Source of the DNA: Candidatus Bathyarchaeota archaeon
GTDB taxonomy: Archaea > Thermoproteota > Bathyarchaeia > Bathyarchaeales > Bathycorpusculaceae
DNA length: 64,000 nucleotides
Assembly (NCBI GenBank): GCA_963733095.1
Contig: CAVTBV010000012.1
Coordinates: 352,001-416,000, forward strand
Direction: 5' to 3'
Shown here: one piece after another, positions 1 to 9,949 of the stretch
How the letters are laid out: each line of letters opens with the position of its first letter
Position numbering within the stretch: position 1 is the first letter of the stretch
The notes under the pieces: model-generated
The model's input: the letters and a program-made list of their open reading frames with translations, nothing else
Told to the model about the DNA's origin: nothing
Databases searched by the model: none
Program-made: the position numbers and the translations under genes

Positions 1-737
1 AGAACGTTCTTGACGAAATGGAGTGGTTAAGAGATGAGTACGGTGCGGAAGGCATAGCTTTCCAAGATGACACATTAACTTTTAACAGGGCAAGGGCAAT
101 TGAAATCTGCGACGGCATGATAGAGAGAAAAATGAAGCTGCCATGGGGCTGCGGAACCAGAGCAGACGCAGTTACCAAAGAACTCGTTGCAAAGATGAGT
201 AAAGCGCATTGCGATGAAATGATGTTTGGTGTAGAGTCAGGTTGCCAGAGGATGCGCGATGTGCTGAAAAAGAAAGTTACAAACGCACAGTGCGAAAACG
301 CCATTAAATGGACCAAAGAAGCAGGAATCTTCGTAACGGTATCAGTCATTTTGGGATATCCAGGTGAAACCAAAGAGACTCTGCAGGAAAGCCTGGATTT
401 TGTCCGCCGAGTAGAGCCTGACGATGTATGGCTTTGCCACGCGACACCTTTCCCCGGAACTGAACTTCGCGAGTTAGTGAAGAGCTGCGGGTGGAAGATG
501 TCGGAGAACTGGGAACTCTACAACACAATGAACCCCATCTTTGAAGACCCATCATTCCCAGCTAAAGACATCGCAGAAATCAGAAAGAACTTCTACAACA
601 AATTCTACAGCTCAAAATATGTTATGCGGCAAGCTGTGAAAGGCTATTTGAAAGGCAACTTGTACAGCAAAATAATGACCAGAACAGGAGCTAACTACAT
701 GCTCTGGCGAGCAATGGCCCGCCTTAAACTAATGTAA
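1..737 (+). CDS. B12-binding-class radical SAM protein, C-terminal part (5' truncated by window edge)
   Basis: FQDDTLT, WGCGTRAD, FGVESG, LGYPGET and ATPFPGT motifs. Paralog of 38410..39792. Confidence 0.85.
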   Translation, partial: NVLDEMEWLRDEYGAEGIAFQDDTLTFNRARAIEICDGMIERKMKLPWGCGTRADAVTKELVAKMSKAHCDEMMFGVESGCQRMRDVLKKKVTNAQCENAIKWTKEAGIFVTVSVILGYPGETKETLQESLDFVRRVEPDDVWLCHATPFPGTELRELVKSCGWKMSENWELYNTMNPIFEDPSFPAKDIAEIRKNFYNKFYSSKYVMRQAVKGYLKGNLYSKIMTRTGANYMLWRAMARLKLM

Positions 738-855
738 ACGGTAAAAAATGAGTTTCACAGATTTTTAAAGCAAGATAACCCGGAATTTTCTGCTAACCTT
801 GCGTTTAGAAAACAAATAAAAAAAAGGAAAAGTTGGTTTTTTCCCTTACGTGGGT

Positions 856-3504
856 TTAAGGTCTTTTTCGTTGCATCAGTATTGAAACAGCGCCGACTAT
901 GATGATTACGACGATAATTGCGATTGCTGAGCCCAGAACGTATGAGTCAGTCATTGATGTAGAAGGAGGTGTAGGTGTAGTGGTTGCAGCTGGCGCGTTC
1001 ATTACATAGAAAGCGGTTTGTGAGGATGATCCCCAGTAACCATTGTTGCCGTTGAAAGAAGCGATAACTGTGTAATTCCCAGCGATGTCAGGTGTCCAGG
1101 CAAGACTGTATAGTCCGCTTGAAGTAGTTGTTGTTGTGCCTATGTTCCGGGAGTTTCCATTAGAGTCCACGACATCTATTGACACTGGAACGCCTGTGAA
1201 GTTGGTGGGCATTGGTTGCTGTTGATAGACATAGCTCATCCATTGGCTTGTGCTTGCGTCAGATGCAGCTGGAACGCCATTTGGGAAGTCAGCTGCTTGC
1301 TGGTTTTGTTTTGTTCCTGCCGAAATGTCAATCACTGTACCCTGTATGAACACGGTATTTCCTTGTGGGATAACGTTGTTTTGGACTGAAACAGTTGTGT
1401 CTGTCGGACCTCGTCCAACGCAGTATATTTGGTTGTCGTATTGATTATAGAATGTTGCATCTCCGTCAGCGATAGCTATGGGTTGCATTGAGGTGCCTAA
1501 TCCTGAGGCAGACCAAGATGAGAGTGTCCAGATTTCTTGTCCAGTGGTAGCGTTGAGCACGCGCATCTGGTTGCCGTAGTATAGTGGTGTGTTTGGTGAG
1601 TGTTCGCCTGCATAGGTGAATACCATTCCGTCGGCAAATGCTGTGAGGTGGATTGGATAAAGTCCCCATGGTGTGTCTGCGCCGCTGTTTGTGGTGTTTC
1701 CTTCTCCGCCGTTACCGTAAGTCCATAGAAGAGTGCCATTTAGCATCGAATAGGAATAGACTATACCGCCGTACCCTGCTACGTAGTAATTGCCGTAAGC
1801 TGGCAGTCCTTCTCTGGAACTGTAGTATTGGAATCCTGTTTGAGCAATTGTACTTGGACCCCAAACTAGGTCTCCGGTTGCAAGGCTGTAAGCAAGTCGC
1901 TGGCCAGTTTCTTGGTATGTCATGGCAAACTCGTTTGTAACTGGATCTATTGGTTGCGTTGGTAACATTTCGGTGAGGTTTCCTGGTGGTGCTGGGTAAT
2001 TCTTAATCCATAGTAGATTGCCTTCTGAGCCTGGTGCATCGCTTAGAGCCCACATTGTCCATGGGTTTGAGTTCGGGTTAGATTCTGCAATGAGCGCAAT
2101 GTTGCTGCTAGTGCCTAATATTGTCTGCCCAGGGATGATACCGACGATGTGTGGAGGTGCTAGGTTAAGTGTAGTAATTGCTGAGGGGTAACTTCCATCC
2201 AAGTTTGATGAGATTGTCACGTTGTATGAATATGCATAGCTTTTGCTTGCATCGATAGAGAACCCTGAACCAACTGGCACGAAGTCTATACCTGGAGCAG
2301 GCGCTCCGGGTGCACCATTGTCTGGAGCTGTGATTGCTGCAGTATCATTCCATAAAGCTAACCAGCCACTTTGAGCATTGACGTCATAGTTGAATACGTA
2401 TATCAATATGTCACCTGCGTTGTCATAAACTTGAGTGCCGCGAGGAACGTTCGTCAAATTAAATAGGAACTGCTGAGTGAATGCGTTATAAGCCATCCAT
2501 GTAGAGCCAGAAACCTGCCAAAGTATCGCTCCGGGGATTCCGTGCTGGTTGGGTATTTGTATGTCAGCGATTTGTGCCATGCTTGGATAGAGAGTTGTAC
2601 TTGACCACAATGTTTGGCCAGTCGTCAAATCTACCGCCATCTCTGGTCCACCTGATCCGGCCTCCCCATTGGGTTCTCGGTAGTAAAGTACACCTTGTAG
2701 AATTATTGGATTGTTAAACCTAACATTGTATGACATTCCCTGATAATAAGTAGCTAAGTCATCAGTTGCTTCAGCTGTATCGCCAGGTTGACTTACAGTT
2801 CCGCCTGCTAAGCCACCAAACTCGAGCGGTTTTGTCCATAGTATGTGTGCACTTGTGGGTGCCACACCGTTTGCTTGAATATAGTTAGATTCTGCAGCTC
2901 CGCCTAGCCAGTTTGATCCAACAGCATACATGCCTTGGTTTTGTCCGTATATTGGTCTAGTCCAGTATGCAGTGGGTAGTGCAGAGTTAACATTTGTCGG
3001 TATTGGCTGTTCCTGCACGGTAAAAGTCATGGATGCATTGCTGGGCAGATAGATGTCACCGTTAGTTGCGGGCAACCCTACCTGGAGTGCTACTGGACCT
3101 GGACCATTGTATACTTGTCCGCCGTAGCTGAAAGATACTGTATAGGTTCCAACTTGGTCAGGAGTGAAGGCAAAGTATTGTGATGATGTTGTATCACTAA
3201 CTGTTGGGAATGACTGCGTTACTTTCGTTCCGTCGGGTTGTGTTATAATAAAGGTGTAGTTTTCAGCTCTGATGTTATTTTCAAGAAGTGCTCCTGATAT
3301 TACTTGATTAATCCAGCCGAATATGAGCATTTGTTGACCAACACCAACTGGGTTGGGTGAAGCAGCGACAAACGCGTATGTGGTGATTTGCCAGGGTGGT
3401 GTATGTGCGGTGGCGTTGGGTAATAGTGTCATCGAAGCCGCCATTGATATTGTGAGAAGAATCGCAATAGTGATAGTTGCTGTTTTGTTTAAAGCAATTT
3501 TCAT
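856..3504 (-). CDS. Secreted PQQ-like beta-propeller surface protein with Ig-like ends and C-terminal TM anchor (paralog 1)
   Basis: Signal peptide ending AHTPPW, repeated TG-x-x-LW blades, C-terminal WTPDIAGNYTVIASF, Thr/Pro linker, TM helix and basic tail. GGAGA SD upstream. Confidence 0.85.
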   Translation of the reverse strand: MKIALNKTATITIAILLTISMAASMTLLPNATAHTPPWQITTYAFVAASPNPVGVGQQMLIFGWINQVISGALLENNIRAENYTFIITQPDGTKVTQSFPTVSDTTSSQYFAFTPDQVGTYTVSFSYGGQVYNGPGPVALQVGLPATNGDIYLPSNASMTFTVQEQPIPTNVNSALPTAYWTRPIYGQNQGMYAVGSNWLGGAAESNYIQANGVAPTSAHILWTKPLEFGGLAGGTVSQPGDTAEATDDLATYYQGMSYNVRFNNPIILQGVLYYREPNGEAGSGGPEMAVDLTTGQTLWSSTTLYPSMAQIADIQIPNQHGIPGAILWQVSGSTWMAYNAFTQQFLFNLTNVPRGTQVYDNAGDILIYVFNYDVNAQSGWLALWNDTAAITAPDNGAPGAPAPGIDFVPVGSGFSIDASKSYAYSYNVTISSNLDGSYPSAITTLNLAPPHIVGIIPGQTILGTSSNIALIAESNPNSNPWTMWALSDAPGSEGNLLWIKNYPAPPGNLTEMLPTQPIDPVTNEFAMTYQETGQRLAYSLATGDLVWGPSTIAQTGFQYYSSREGLPAYGNYYVAGYGGIVYSYSMLNGTLLWTYGNGGEGNTTNSGADTPWGLYPIHLTAFADGMVFTYAGEHSPNTPLYYGNQMRVLNATTGQEIWTLSSWSASGLGTSMQPIAIADGDATFYNQYDNQIYCVGRGPTDTTVSVQNNVIPQGNTVFIQGTVIDISAGTKQNQQAADFPNGVPAASDASTSQWMSYVYQQQPMPTNFTGVPVSIDVVDSNGNSRNIGTTTTTSSGLYSLAWTPDIAGNYTVIASFNGNNGYWGSSSQTAFYVMNAPAATTTPTPPSTSMTDSYVLGSAIAIIVVIIIVGAVSILMQRKRP

Positions 3505-3658
3505 AATTTTTTCTCCTTTTATTGATACTTGTGTTAAACTATAACGCTGTTATAGTGAATAATATAAACTTTACTTTGATTTTCTTTTTTCAGCACTATT
3601 AGAACTTAGAGCAGTAGTTTAGTGTGCGTTTGTGAGCGTTAGGCGTTGGTTTAAGTAT

Positions 3659-3674
3659 TTGTCACAAGTGGTAC
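3659..3674. promoter_or_regulatory. Candidate operator TTGTNACAA(GTGGTAC) next to a TATA-like box
   Basis: Palindrome TTGTCACAA. The same motif recurs at 6707 and 9629 upstream of paralogs 2 and 3. Confidence 0.55.
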
Positions 3675-3727
3675 CTCAGACAGATTTGCCAAAAATGAAA
3701 TTGGTTTTCAATTCAAGAAAGGTTAAA

Positions 3728-3832
3728 GGTTTGCTGAGGCTCTGGAACGAATTGGAGAAGAGCGAAATGCAAAACGCTCCTCACGAAACTATGGTCAAGT
3801 ATCGTGAATTTTAACCAGAGCCTACTCAGCCC
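3728..3832 (-). ncRNA. BHB-closed structured RNA, copy 1
   Basis: Minus strand GG-GCUG-AGU-AGGCUCUGG...CCAGAGCCU-CAGC-AAA-CC. Internal hairpins are UCACGA/UCGUGA and GAGCG-UUUUGCAUUU-CGCUC. Confidence 0.65.
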
Positions 3833-3855
3833 GCATTTTTTCCAGTACTTTAGAG

Positions 3856-3872
3856 ACTAAAAAAGGGGAAAG
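3856..3872 (-). terminator. Pyrimidine/oligo-U terminator of paralog 2
   Basis: Minus strand CTTTCCCCTTTTTTAGT, about 30 nt after the stop. Identical 17-mer at 6937-6953. Confidence 0.55.
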
Positions 3873-3902
3873 ATTGTTTTTGTTTGTTTTTTGTTCGATT
3901 AC

Positions 3903-6647
3903 TTATGGTCGCTTTCGCAGCATCATCATAATCAATGCGCCGATTATAACCAGCACAACGATAATCGCTGCAATACCGATCGCAAAGTCAGTAGTCGTAG
4001 CATAGTTGCCTGTCGATGATGCAGGAGCCGAAGTCGAAGCCACCACGTCACTAGCATAGAAATGAGTCTGAGCCGAAGAACCATAGTAGCCACCTGAACC
4101 AGCAAACGTCGCAATCAAAGTATAATCACCCGCAATATCAGGAGTCCAAGTAAAACCGTACGCACCCGAAGCATCAGTAGTAGTAGAACCAATAGATCGA
4201 TAGTTACCATTAGAGTCAACAACACTAAGAGTAACAGAAACACCGACCTCGTTGTGCGGATCCGGCTGCTGCATATACACCGTCTCCATAAACGCGCTCA
4301 TACTAGCATCAGAAACCACCGGCAACCCATTGGGATAGTTCGCTGCAACCGCTTCTTGCCTTGCACCCGCAGAAACATCCGTCACAGTACCCGTAATAGT
4401 AATCGGAGTAGCAGTAGAAACGCCTACCTGAGGAGCACTAACAGTAGTAGCACTCGGACCCTGCCCATAAGCGTAGATCTGGTTGTCATAAGCATTCAAA
4501 TTCGTCATAATACCATACGCAAGCTCCGGATTGCTGTTGACATTAAACGAATCAATCGCCCACACAAGATCACCAGTCGTACAGTTAATCGCCAATTGCT
4601 GAGAACCGATGAACAGAGGAGGCGAATACTCATGTCCCTCACCAAGGAACATCAATCCACCACCACCGCCGATGCCAGTCTGCACCCAAATAGGCCAAAC
4701 ACCATACGGTGTATTACCGCCAGCTTCACCAGTAATCTTTGTAGTGTTCGTGTACCAGTTAACAGAGCCATCCGCCATCGACAAAGACCAGATGTCGCCG
4801 CCAAAGCCAAAGATATAGAAGTTCCCACCGTAGATGTTGCCCTTAATGCCGCCCACAGTATCATAAGCATTTATATCCGCACCATTATCGCCCTTAAGAG
4901 TCGTTTGCCAAACTAGATTGCCTGTAGTGACACTGAAAGCAGAAACCTCACCAGTCTCTTTGATGATGGTTGTGAAAACTCCATCGGCAACGTTGCCATA
5001 GTTGTCTAAGTTAACTGCAGTGTAAGGCGTAAAAGCGATCTCCTTAACGAATAGCTGTTGTCCAGTGTTTATGTCAAAGCCAGTAAACCAGTCAGAGCCT
5101 GTTTGGAAGTAGTTTGTAAGCCCTGCGTTATTTAGCGAGTAAAGAATTGCGACACCGCTGTTAACGCCCATAATTGTCCAACTTGTCGGTTGACCCGTAG
5201 GTAGCTGATAAGCAGCCATTATTCCGTATTTGTAGTCGATAACGGCGTTTTGTGTAGGTCTCCAATTCCAGCCTGAACCCGATGTAGATGGCCAGCCCAC
5301 GCCAAGCATAATGGCCTGTGTCGAATTCCAAACCTCAAGCAAACCGTTGCCCGCAGTGTTGGTAACTTTTGTGGGTTCTGGTCCGATGACTGGTTGAATT
5401 TGTCCGTAGATCGTTTGTGTGCCGACAGTAGTGTTTGTGTAGTATTGAATAAGGTTGCCAGATGCATCCACAGTATTTCCATACGAAAAGCCCGTACCGT
5501 TAACAATGCTAAGAATATACTTACCAGTCATAGCATCAAACATGTTTAGGCTAGTTCCGCGCGAGTATATTCCGTCAAGGGTTCCTTGAGTCCATAGGTA
5601 TGCAACTCCGCCGTATTGGTTGGGTGACACATAATCAAGCACTTGGCCACATTCCAGAGGTGTAACTTGACCATTTGATGTGAGAGCAGTTTGCGCTGGT
5701 GAACCTCCACCATAGTTGGTTGAGTCGTCGACCCATATTGTTTGTCCAGTGTATAAGTCAACGCAGACGTTGGCAGTAGGGTTAGCTGAGCTGCCTGGGA
5801 TTTGAGTGTAGTAGAGGTAGCCGTTGATGACAATCGGATTATACTTCCGTTCGTACTGAGCAGTCGAATAATAGTTGCCGTAAGTCGTCGTTCCGCCTGC
5901 ATCACCGCCGATGACACCGCCAAAAGTAATGGGCCTTGTCCAAATGATGTGAGACGTAAGCGGCGCAGTAGAGTAGGGATTGAAGTTTGTGGTTGTGTTG
6001 TAGTTGGAGGCGCCTTTACCTGCGCTGTAGCCGATGTAGAGGCCAAGATAAGGACCGCCGATAGCGTACCAGTTGTAAACGTTCATCGCATTGATCGGAG
6101 TCTGCCAATAACTAGTTGGAAGCGGAGTACCCGGAATAGACGGCACAGGTTCTTGCTGAACAGTTAAAGTTGCAACATCGCTTATAGCTGGTAGAATAGT
6201 GTCGTTGATGTAGCTTGGGTTGCTAATGCCAGTCAAGCCGTATTGACCACCGTTTAATGTCTGTCCTGGATAAGTCATCTGGAATTGGTATTCACCCAAT
6301 TGGTCAGGTGTATAGTGTGTGCTTGTTCCACCAGTATCATCAGATGTGAATGGACCCAATGTCTCGTTTGTTCCATCAGGCTTAATGACATGAACCGTGA
6401 ATGGACCAAACCTGTCACCATAGATAGTGCCAGCAGTCATTGGCGGTGCATTTAGCCAAAAGCCAACAGTAACAGTCTGACCCAGCCCAGCAGGATTAGG
6501 TGCAACATTAACGAACGCAAACAGTTGAATGTCAAACGGTGGAGTATGTGCATTAGTGTTTGGCAGTAGAGCCATTGAAGCTCCCAAAGAAATTATCAAA
6601 AGTGCTGCAATCGAAATAGCTGTAGTTTTACTTTTTAGATTAAACAT
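3903..6647 (-). CDS. Secreted PQQ-like beta-propeller surface protein (paralog 2)
   Basis: Same architecture as paralog 1. Start moved to MFNLK (6647), which follows a GGAGA SD. Confidence 0.85.
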   Translation of the reverse strand: MFNLKSKTTAISIAALLIISLGASMALLPNTNAHTPPFDIQLFAFVNVAPNPAGLGQTVTVGFWLNAPPMTAGTIYGDRFGPFTVHVIKPDGTNETLGPFTSDDTGGTSTHYTPDQLGEYQFQMTYPGQTLNGGQYGLTGISNPSYINDTILPAISDVATLTVQQEPVPSIPGTPLPTSYWQTPINAMNVYNWYAIGGPYLGLYIGYSAGKGASNYNTTTNFNPYSTAPLTSHIIWTRPITFGGVIGGDAGGTTTYGNYYSTAQYERKYNPIVINGYLYYTQIPGSSANPTANVCVDLYTGQTIWVDDSTNYGGGSPAQTALTSNGQVTPLECGQVLDYVSPNQYGGVAYLWTQGTLDGIYSRGTSLNMFDAMTGKYILSIVNGTGFSYGNTVDASGNLIQYYTNTTVGTQTIYGQIQPVIGPEPTKVTNTAGNGLLEVWNSTQAIMLGVGWPSTSGSGWNWRPTQNAVIDYKYGIMAAYQLPTGQPTSWTIMGVNSGVAILYSLNNAGLTNYFQTGSDWFTGFDINTGQQLFVKEIAFTPYTAVNLDNYGNVADGVFTTIIKETGEVSAFSVTTGNLVWQTTLKGDNGADINAYDTVGGIKGNIYGGNFYIFGFGGDIWSLSMADGSVNWYTNTTKITGEAGGNTPYGVWPIWVQTGIGGGGGLMFLGEGHEYSPPLFIGSQQLAINCTTGDLVWAIDSFNVNSNPELAYGIMTNLNAYDNQIYAYGQGPSATTVSAPQVGVSTATPITITGTVTDVSAGARQEAVAANYPNGLPVVSDASMSAFMETVYMQQPDPHNEVGVSVTLSVVDSNGNYRSIGSTTTDASGAYGFTWTPDIAGDYTLIATFAGSGGYYGSSAQTHFYASDVVASTSAPASSTGNYATTTDFAIGIAAIIVVLVIIGALIMMMLRKRP

Positions 6648-6706
6648 TTTTTTCTTTTCTCCTTTATTCTGTAACTTACTCCATGGGTTCAAACTCTGTT
6701 AAGCGT

Positions 6707-6722
6707 TTGTAACAAGTGGTCC
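6707..6722. promoter_or_regulatory. Candidate operator TTGTAACAAGTGGTCC
   Basis: Conserved palindrome immediately upstream (minus sense) of a TTAA TATA-like box of paralog 2. Confidence 0.55.
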
Positions 6723-6789
6723 TTCTGAAAAATTTCTTGATAGATTTTACTCCAAAAATTAAAGCGAGAAAAGTTTGATAACAAAAGTA

Positions 6790-6909
6790 GGCGGCACGTT
6801 TGCTGAGGCTCTTGGTGGGTGATTAAGGAGAGAAAAAGAGAATGCAAACTCTTTCTTCACGACTATAGCTATTTCGTGAATTTAATCCGAGCGTTCTCAG
6901 CCCTCCGCC
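6790..6909 (-). ncRNA. BHB-closed structured RNA, copy 2
   Basis: Minus strand GGCGG-AGG-GCUG-AGA-ACGCUC...GAGCCU-CAGC-AAA-CGU-G-CCGCC. Stems are GAUUAA/UUAAUC, UUCACGA/UCGUGAA and AAAGAG-UUUGCAUU-CUCUUU. Confidence 0.65.
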
Positions 6910-6936
6910 AGATCTACAACTTTTTTGCCTATGCAA

Positions 6937-6953
6937 ACTAAAAAAGGGGAAAG
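6937..6953 (-). terminator. Pyrimidine/oligo-U terminator of paralog 3
   Basis: Identical to 3856-3872, about 25 nt after the stop. Confidence 0.55.
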
Positions 6954-6977
6954 TGGATTTTGAGTCATATCTTTACA

Positions 6978-9567
6978 CTATGGTTTTTTCCTAAGCAGTA
7001 GTACGCCAACGATGGCTATTGCAATGATTATAGCGGTTACTCCGGCAGCCATGTACATCATAAGATCATTAGTTGTCGCTAAACCCAACATCGTGTCTGC
7101 GGACGCAGCTGTTGATGATGATGCTACTGGATCAACTGCGAAAGCGGCTTCTGAATAAGACGAATAGTAAGACTCAGAGCCTGGGAATGTTGCGATAACT
7201 GTGTATTTGCCTTCAATATCGGGAGTCCACTGGAAGCTAAATGTGCCGGTGGCATCACTCGTGGCTGTACCGATGTTGCGATAGTTGCCGTTTGAATCAA
7301 TTACATCGATTGAAACTGGAACCCCAGTTGTGTTGCTGGGACGTGGCTGCTGCATGTAAACGTACTCCATAAAGGCTTGTTGGCTTGCTTCAGAAACACA
7401 TGGAAGACCGTTTGGGAAGCGCGCAGCTGATACTTCTTGTGATGCACCTGCAGAGATATCCATAACTGTGCCAGCGATAACTATCGAACTGCCTAAATTA
7501 ATTGCCGCTTGAGGCGCAGTGACTTTTGTAACGGTTGGTCCTTTGCCCCATGCGTATAGCTGGTTGTCGTAAGCATTCAGCGTTGTCATGATGCCGTCTG
7601 AGATGGCTGGTGCGCTTGTAACGTCAAAAGCAGTTATGCTCCAAACAACAGAGCCGTCGGTGAGATTTAGCGCCATCTGTTGTGCGTGGTGGAATAAGGG
7701 TGGGCTATACATGTGGCCTACAGGAACAAACAGCTTGCCGTCTGCAACTGTTCCTACACTGAAAGTCCAAAACGGCCACGTACCATAAGGAGACTCATAA
7801 CCACTTGATGGCGCGTGATATTCCCAGTTAAAAGTCCCAGTTGCCATGTCGATAGAATAAGCATCTCCTCCATAAGTCCATGTTAGCAATGTGCCGTTAG
7901 GACCTGGACAGTAACGTTGGCCAAGTGAAGTGAAAGGATTAACGTTCGGCATTGGTTTTGGTCCCCAGATCTTGTCTCCCGTGGTAAGGCTGTAGCCTGT
8001 TGCTGTTAATGCGGCAGAATCAAATTCGACCCAAACGCCGTACCCCATAGTTTCAGCGCCGAAAAGAACCCTGGAATTTTCAACTTCTGTATGGTTCTTT
8101 GGGCCCCAAAGTAGGTGTCCGTCGACTGCACTGTAGCCTGCTACAACATACCATCCGCCTTGGAAGTAGGCAGATTGACCACTTGCATACGATAGAAGTA
8201 CTACGCCGCCGTTGATTCCGTTAAGGCTCAAAGATATAGGATTGCCGTCGATCTGTGTTGCGATTGGTGCGGACCATTCTATTCCATTTTGGAATGCGAT
8301 CACACCGTCTTGGGGAGGCCTCCATTGCCACCCGTTCGGGTCACCGTTACCGTTTACGCCTCGCATGATTGCCCTAGGTAGAGTTCCACACAGTGAGCGA
8401 TCGCTGACCCCCACTTGAATTAACATAGTAGCCTATCAAACCGCCGTAGTCATCAAGTTGAATCGAGTTCAAGCCAGTACCGTTGACAATGCTAAGGATA
8501 TATTTACCCGTCATAGCGTCATACATGCTGTAGGTTGTTCCAGTAGAAACAACTCCAGTTACCGAGCCTGTAGCCCACAGGTATGCTCGTGCGCCGTATT
8601 CGTTAGGTGTTAAATAATCCATTATTTGACCGCATTTTAGAATCGTCGTGTAGTCTTGTGTCCATATTGTCTCTCCAGTGTGCAAGTTAACTGCTGCCCA
8701 GCCTGCTGGATTAGCAGTAGAACCAGGATACATAGTGTAGTAGAGCATACCGTTCATGATTATTGGTGCGAACTTTGGCTGATATTGCGATGTTGACCAG
8801 AAGTTGCTTTGTTGATCACTGCCGAATTCTCCTCCGACTGTGCCGCCGAAAGCTATAGGCTTTGTCCACATGATGTGGGGACTGTTAGGCGCAGTTGTAT
8901 AGGGTGCATAGCTTCCTTGTGCATTGTACTGTCCTGTGTTTGCAAATGTCGACACTCCAAGACCAAGCCAGTTGCCGCCTATGGCGTACCATAAATCGTT
9001 GTTCTGGGCGTAGATTGGGCGAGTCCAGTATTCGGATGGAAGCGGAATTACAGGTGCATAGCTTATTGGTTCTTGCTGAACGGGCAGGGTAAATAAGTTG
9101 CTCTTGCTAGGTTCATAATAGTCGCCTACGAACGGGTTAGTCGATGGTAGTCCATTAGCTGTATTTAACCCTAATAATGTGTTGCCGCCAAAGACCATCT
9201 GGAAAGTGTAATTGCCAACTGATGTAGGTGTGTAGGTGGTGTGTGATCCTCCCGTGTCATCGGATGAGAATGGACCTAGTGTTTCAGTGGTTCCGTCTGG
9301 ATGTGTCACTACAACAGTCATGTCTGTCCATCTGTCACCAGAGGCCATAGCTGCTGTTGGTGGCGGTACTTGAAGCCAGAAATTGACGTTAACCTGTTGA
9401 CCAACACCTATAGGAGAAGGCGCAATATTTATGAAACAGTAGGTTGGAAGTGACCATGATGGATCATGTGCACTAGCGCTTGGCAGTAATGTTATTGAAG
9501 CTCCCATTGAAACTGTCAGGATTGCTGCAATCAAAATAGCCACAGTTTTATTTTTTATTTTCAGCAT
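6978..9567 (-). pseudogene. PQQ-like beta-propeller surface protein (paralog 3), split by a 1-nt frameshift at about 8376
   Basis: ORF 8374..9567 ends WNST* and ORF 6978..8426 continues RAIMRG. Paralog 2 reads WNSTQAIMLG. Removing one base from ACC-T-AGG restores the frame. Confidence 0.8.
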
Positions 9568-9628
9568 TTTTTATTTTTCCTTTTTCTTCTGTAATTATAG
9601 TATTGGTCTTTAGTTTGTTTAAAAAACG

Positions 9629-9644
9629 TTGTAACAAGTTGTAC
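9629..9644. promoter_or_regulatory. Candidate operator TTGTAACAAGTTGTAC
   Basis: Third copy of the palindrome, adjacent to the TTTAAA box of paralog 3. Confidence 0.55.
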
Positions 9645-9715
9645 TTATGACAAACTTTCAATAAAATATTTTTTCATTAAATAAATAATTATGATAAAAA
9701 TAAATCATAAATAAT

Positions 9716-9824
9716 GCTTGTTGTTTGCTGGGGTTCCAGAATTGTGGAAGGAAAGAAAAATGCAAAAACGGGCTAAATCAATCAATTTATAGGAGAATCC
9801 CTTCTGGAACCCTTTCAGCCAAGC
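9716..9824 (-). ncRNA. BHB-closed structured RNA, copy 3
   Basis: Perfect BHB on the minus strand: UUG-GCUG-AAA-GGGUUCCAGAA...UUCUGGAACCC-CAGC-AAA-CAA. Contains UUUUUGCAUUUU. TATA-like TATATTAA at 9849-9842. Confidence 0.65.
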
Positions 9825-9949
9825 CCAAACTTCATTCCCCAATTAATATACCTCTCAAACTATTTTTAAAAATGTGTAATCAGTACGCCTTCAGACAAAA
9901 AATGCCTTGGTTTCAGGAAAAATTCTTAAATCATCTCGATAAAAGTTAA

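Noticed and set aside
3767-3814. Plus-strand micro-ORFs starting SD+ATGCAA inside the structured elements (MQNAPHETMVKYREF, MQTLSSRL, MQKRAKSINL)
   Set aside because: Peptide length, frame and sequence are not conserved beyond MQ, while base pairing is. A leader-peptide role is not excluded but is less supported.
3728-3832. Element interpreted as tRNA, riboswitch or self-cleaving ribozyme
   Set aside because: No T-loop, D-loop or acceptor stem despite the CAU-containing loop, and no hammerhead, HDV or riboswitch core recognised. It lies upstream of the genes' TATA boxes rather than in their 5' UTRs.
4254-4916. 220-aa plus-strand ORF and many other antisense ORFs in the track
   Set aside because: They are shadows of biased codon usage in real genes on the opposite strand and carry no motifs.
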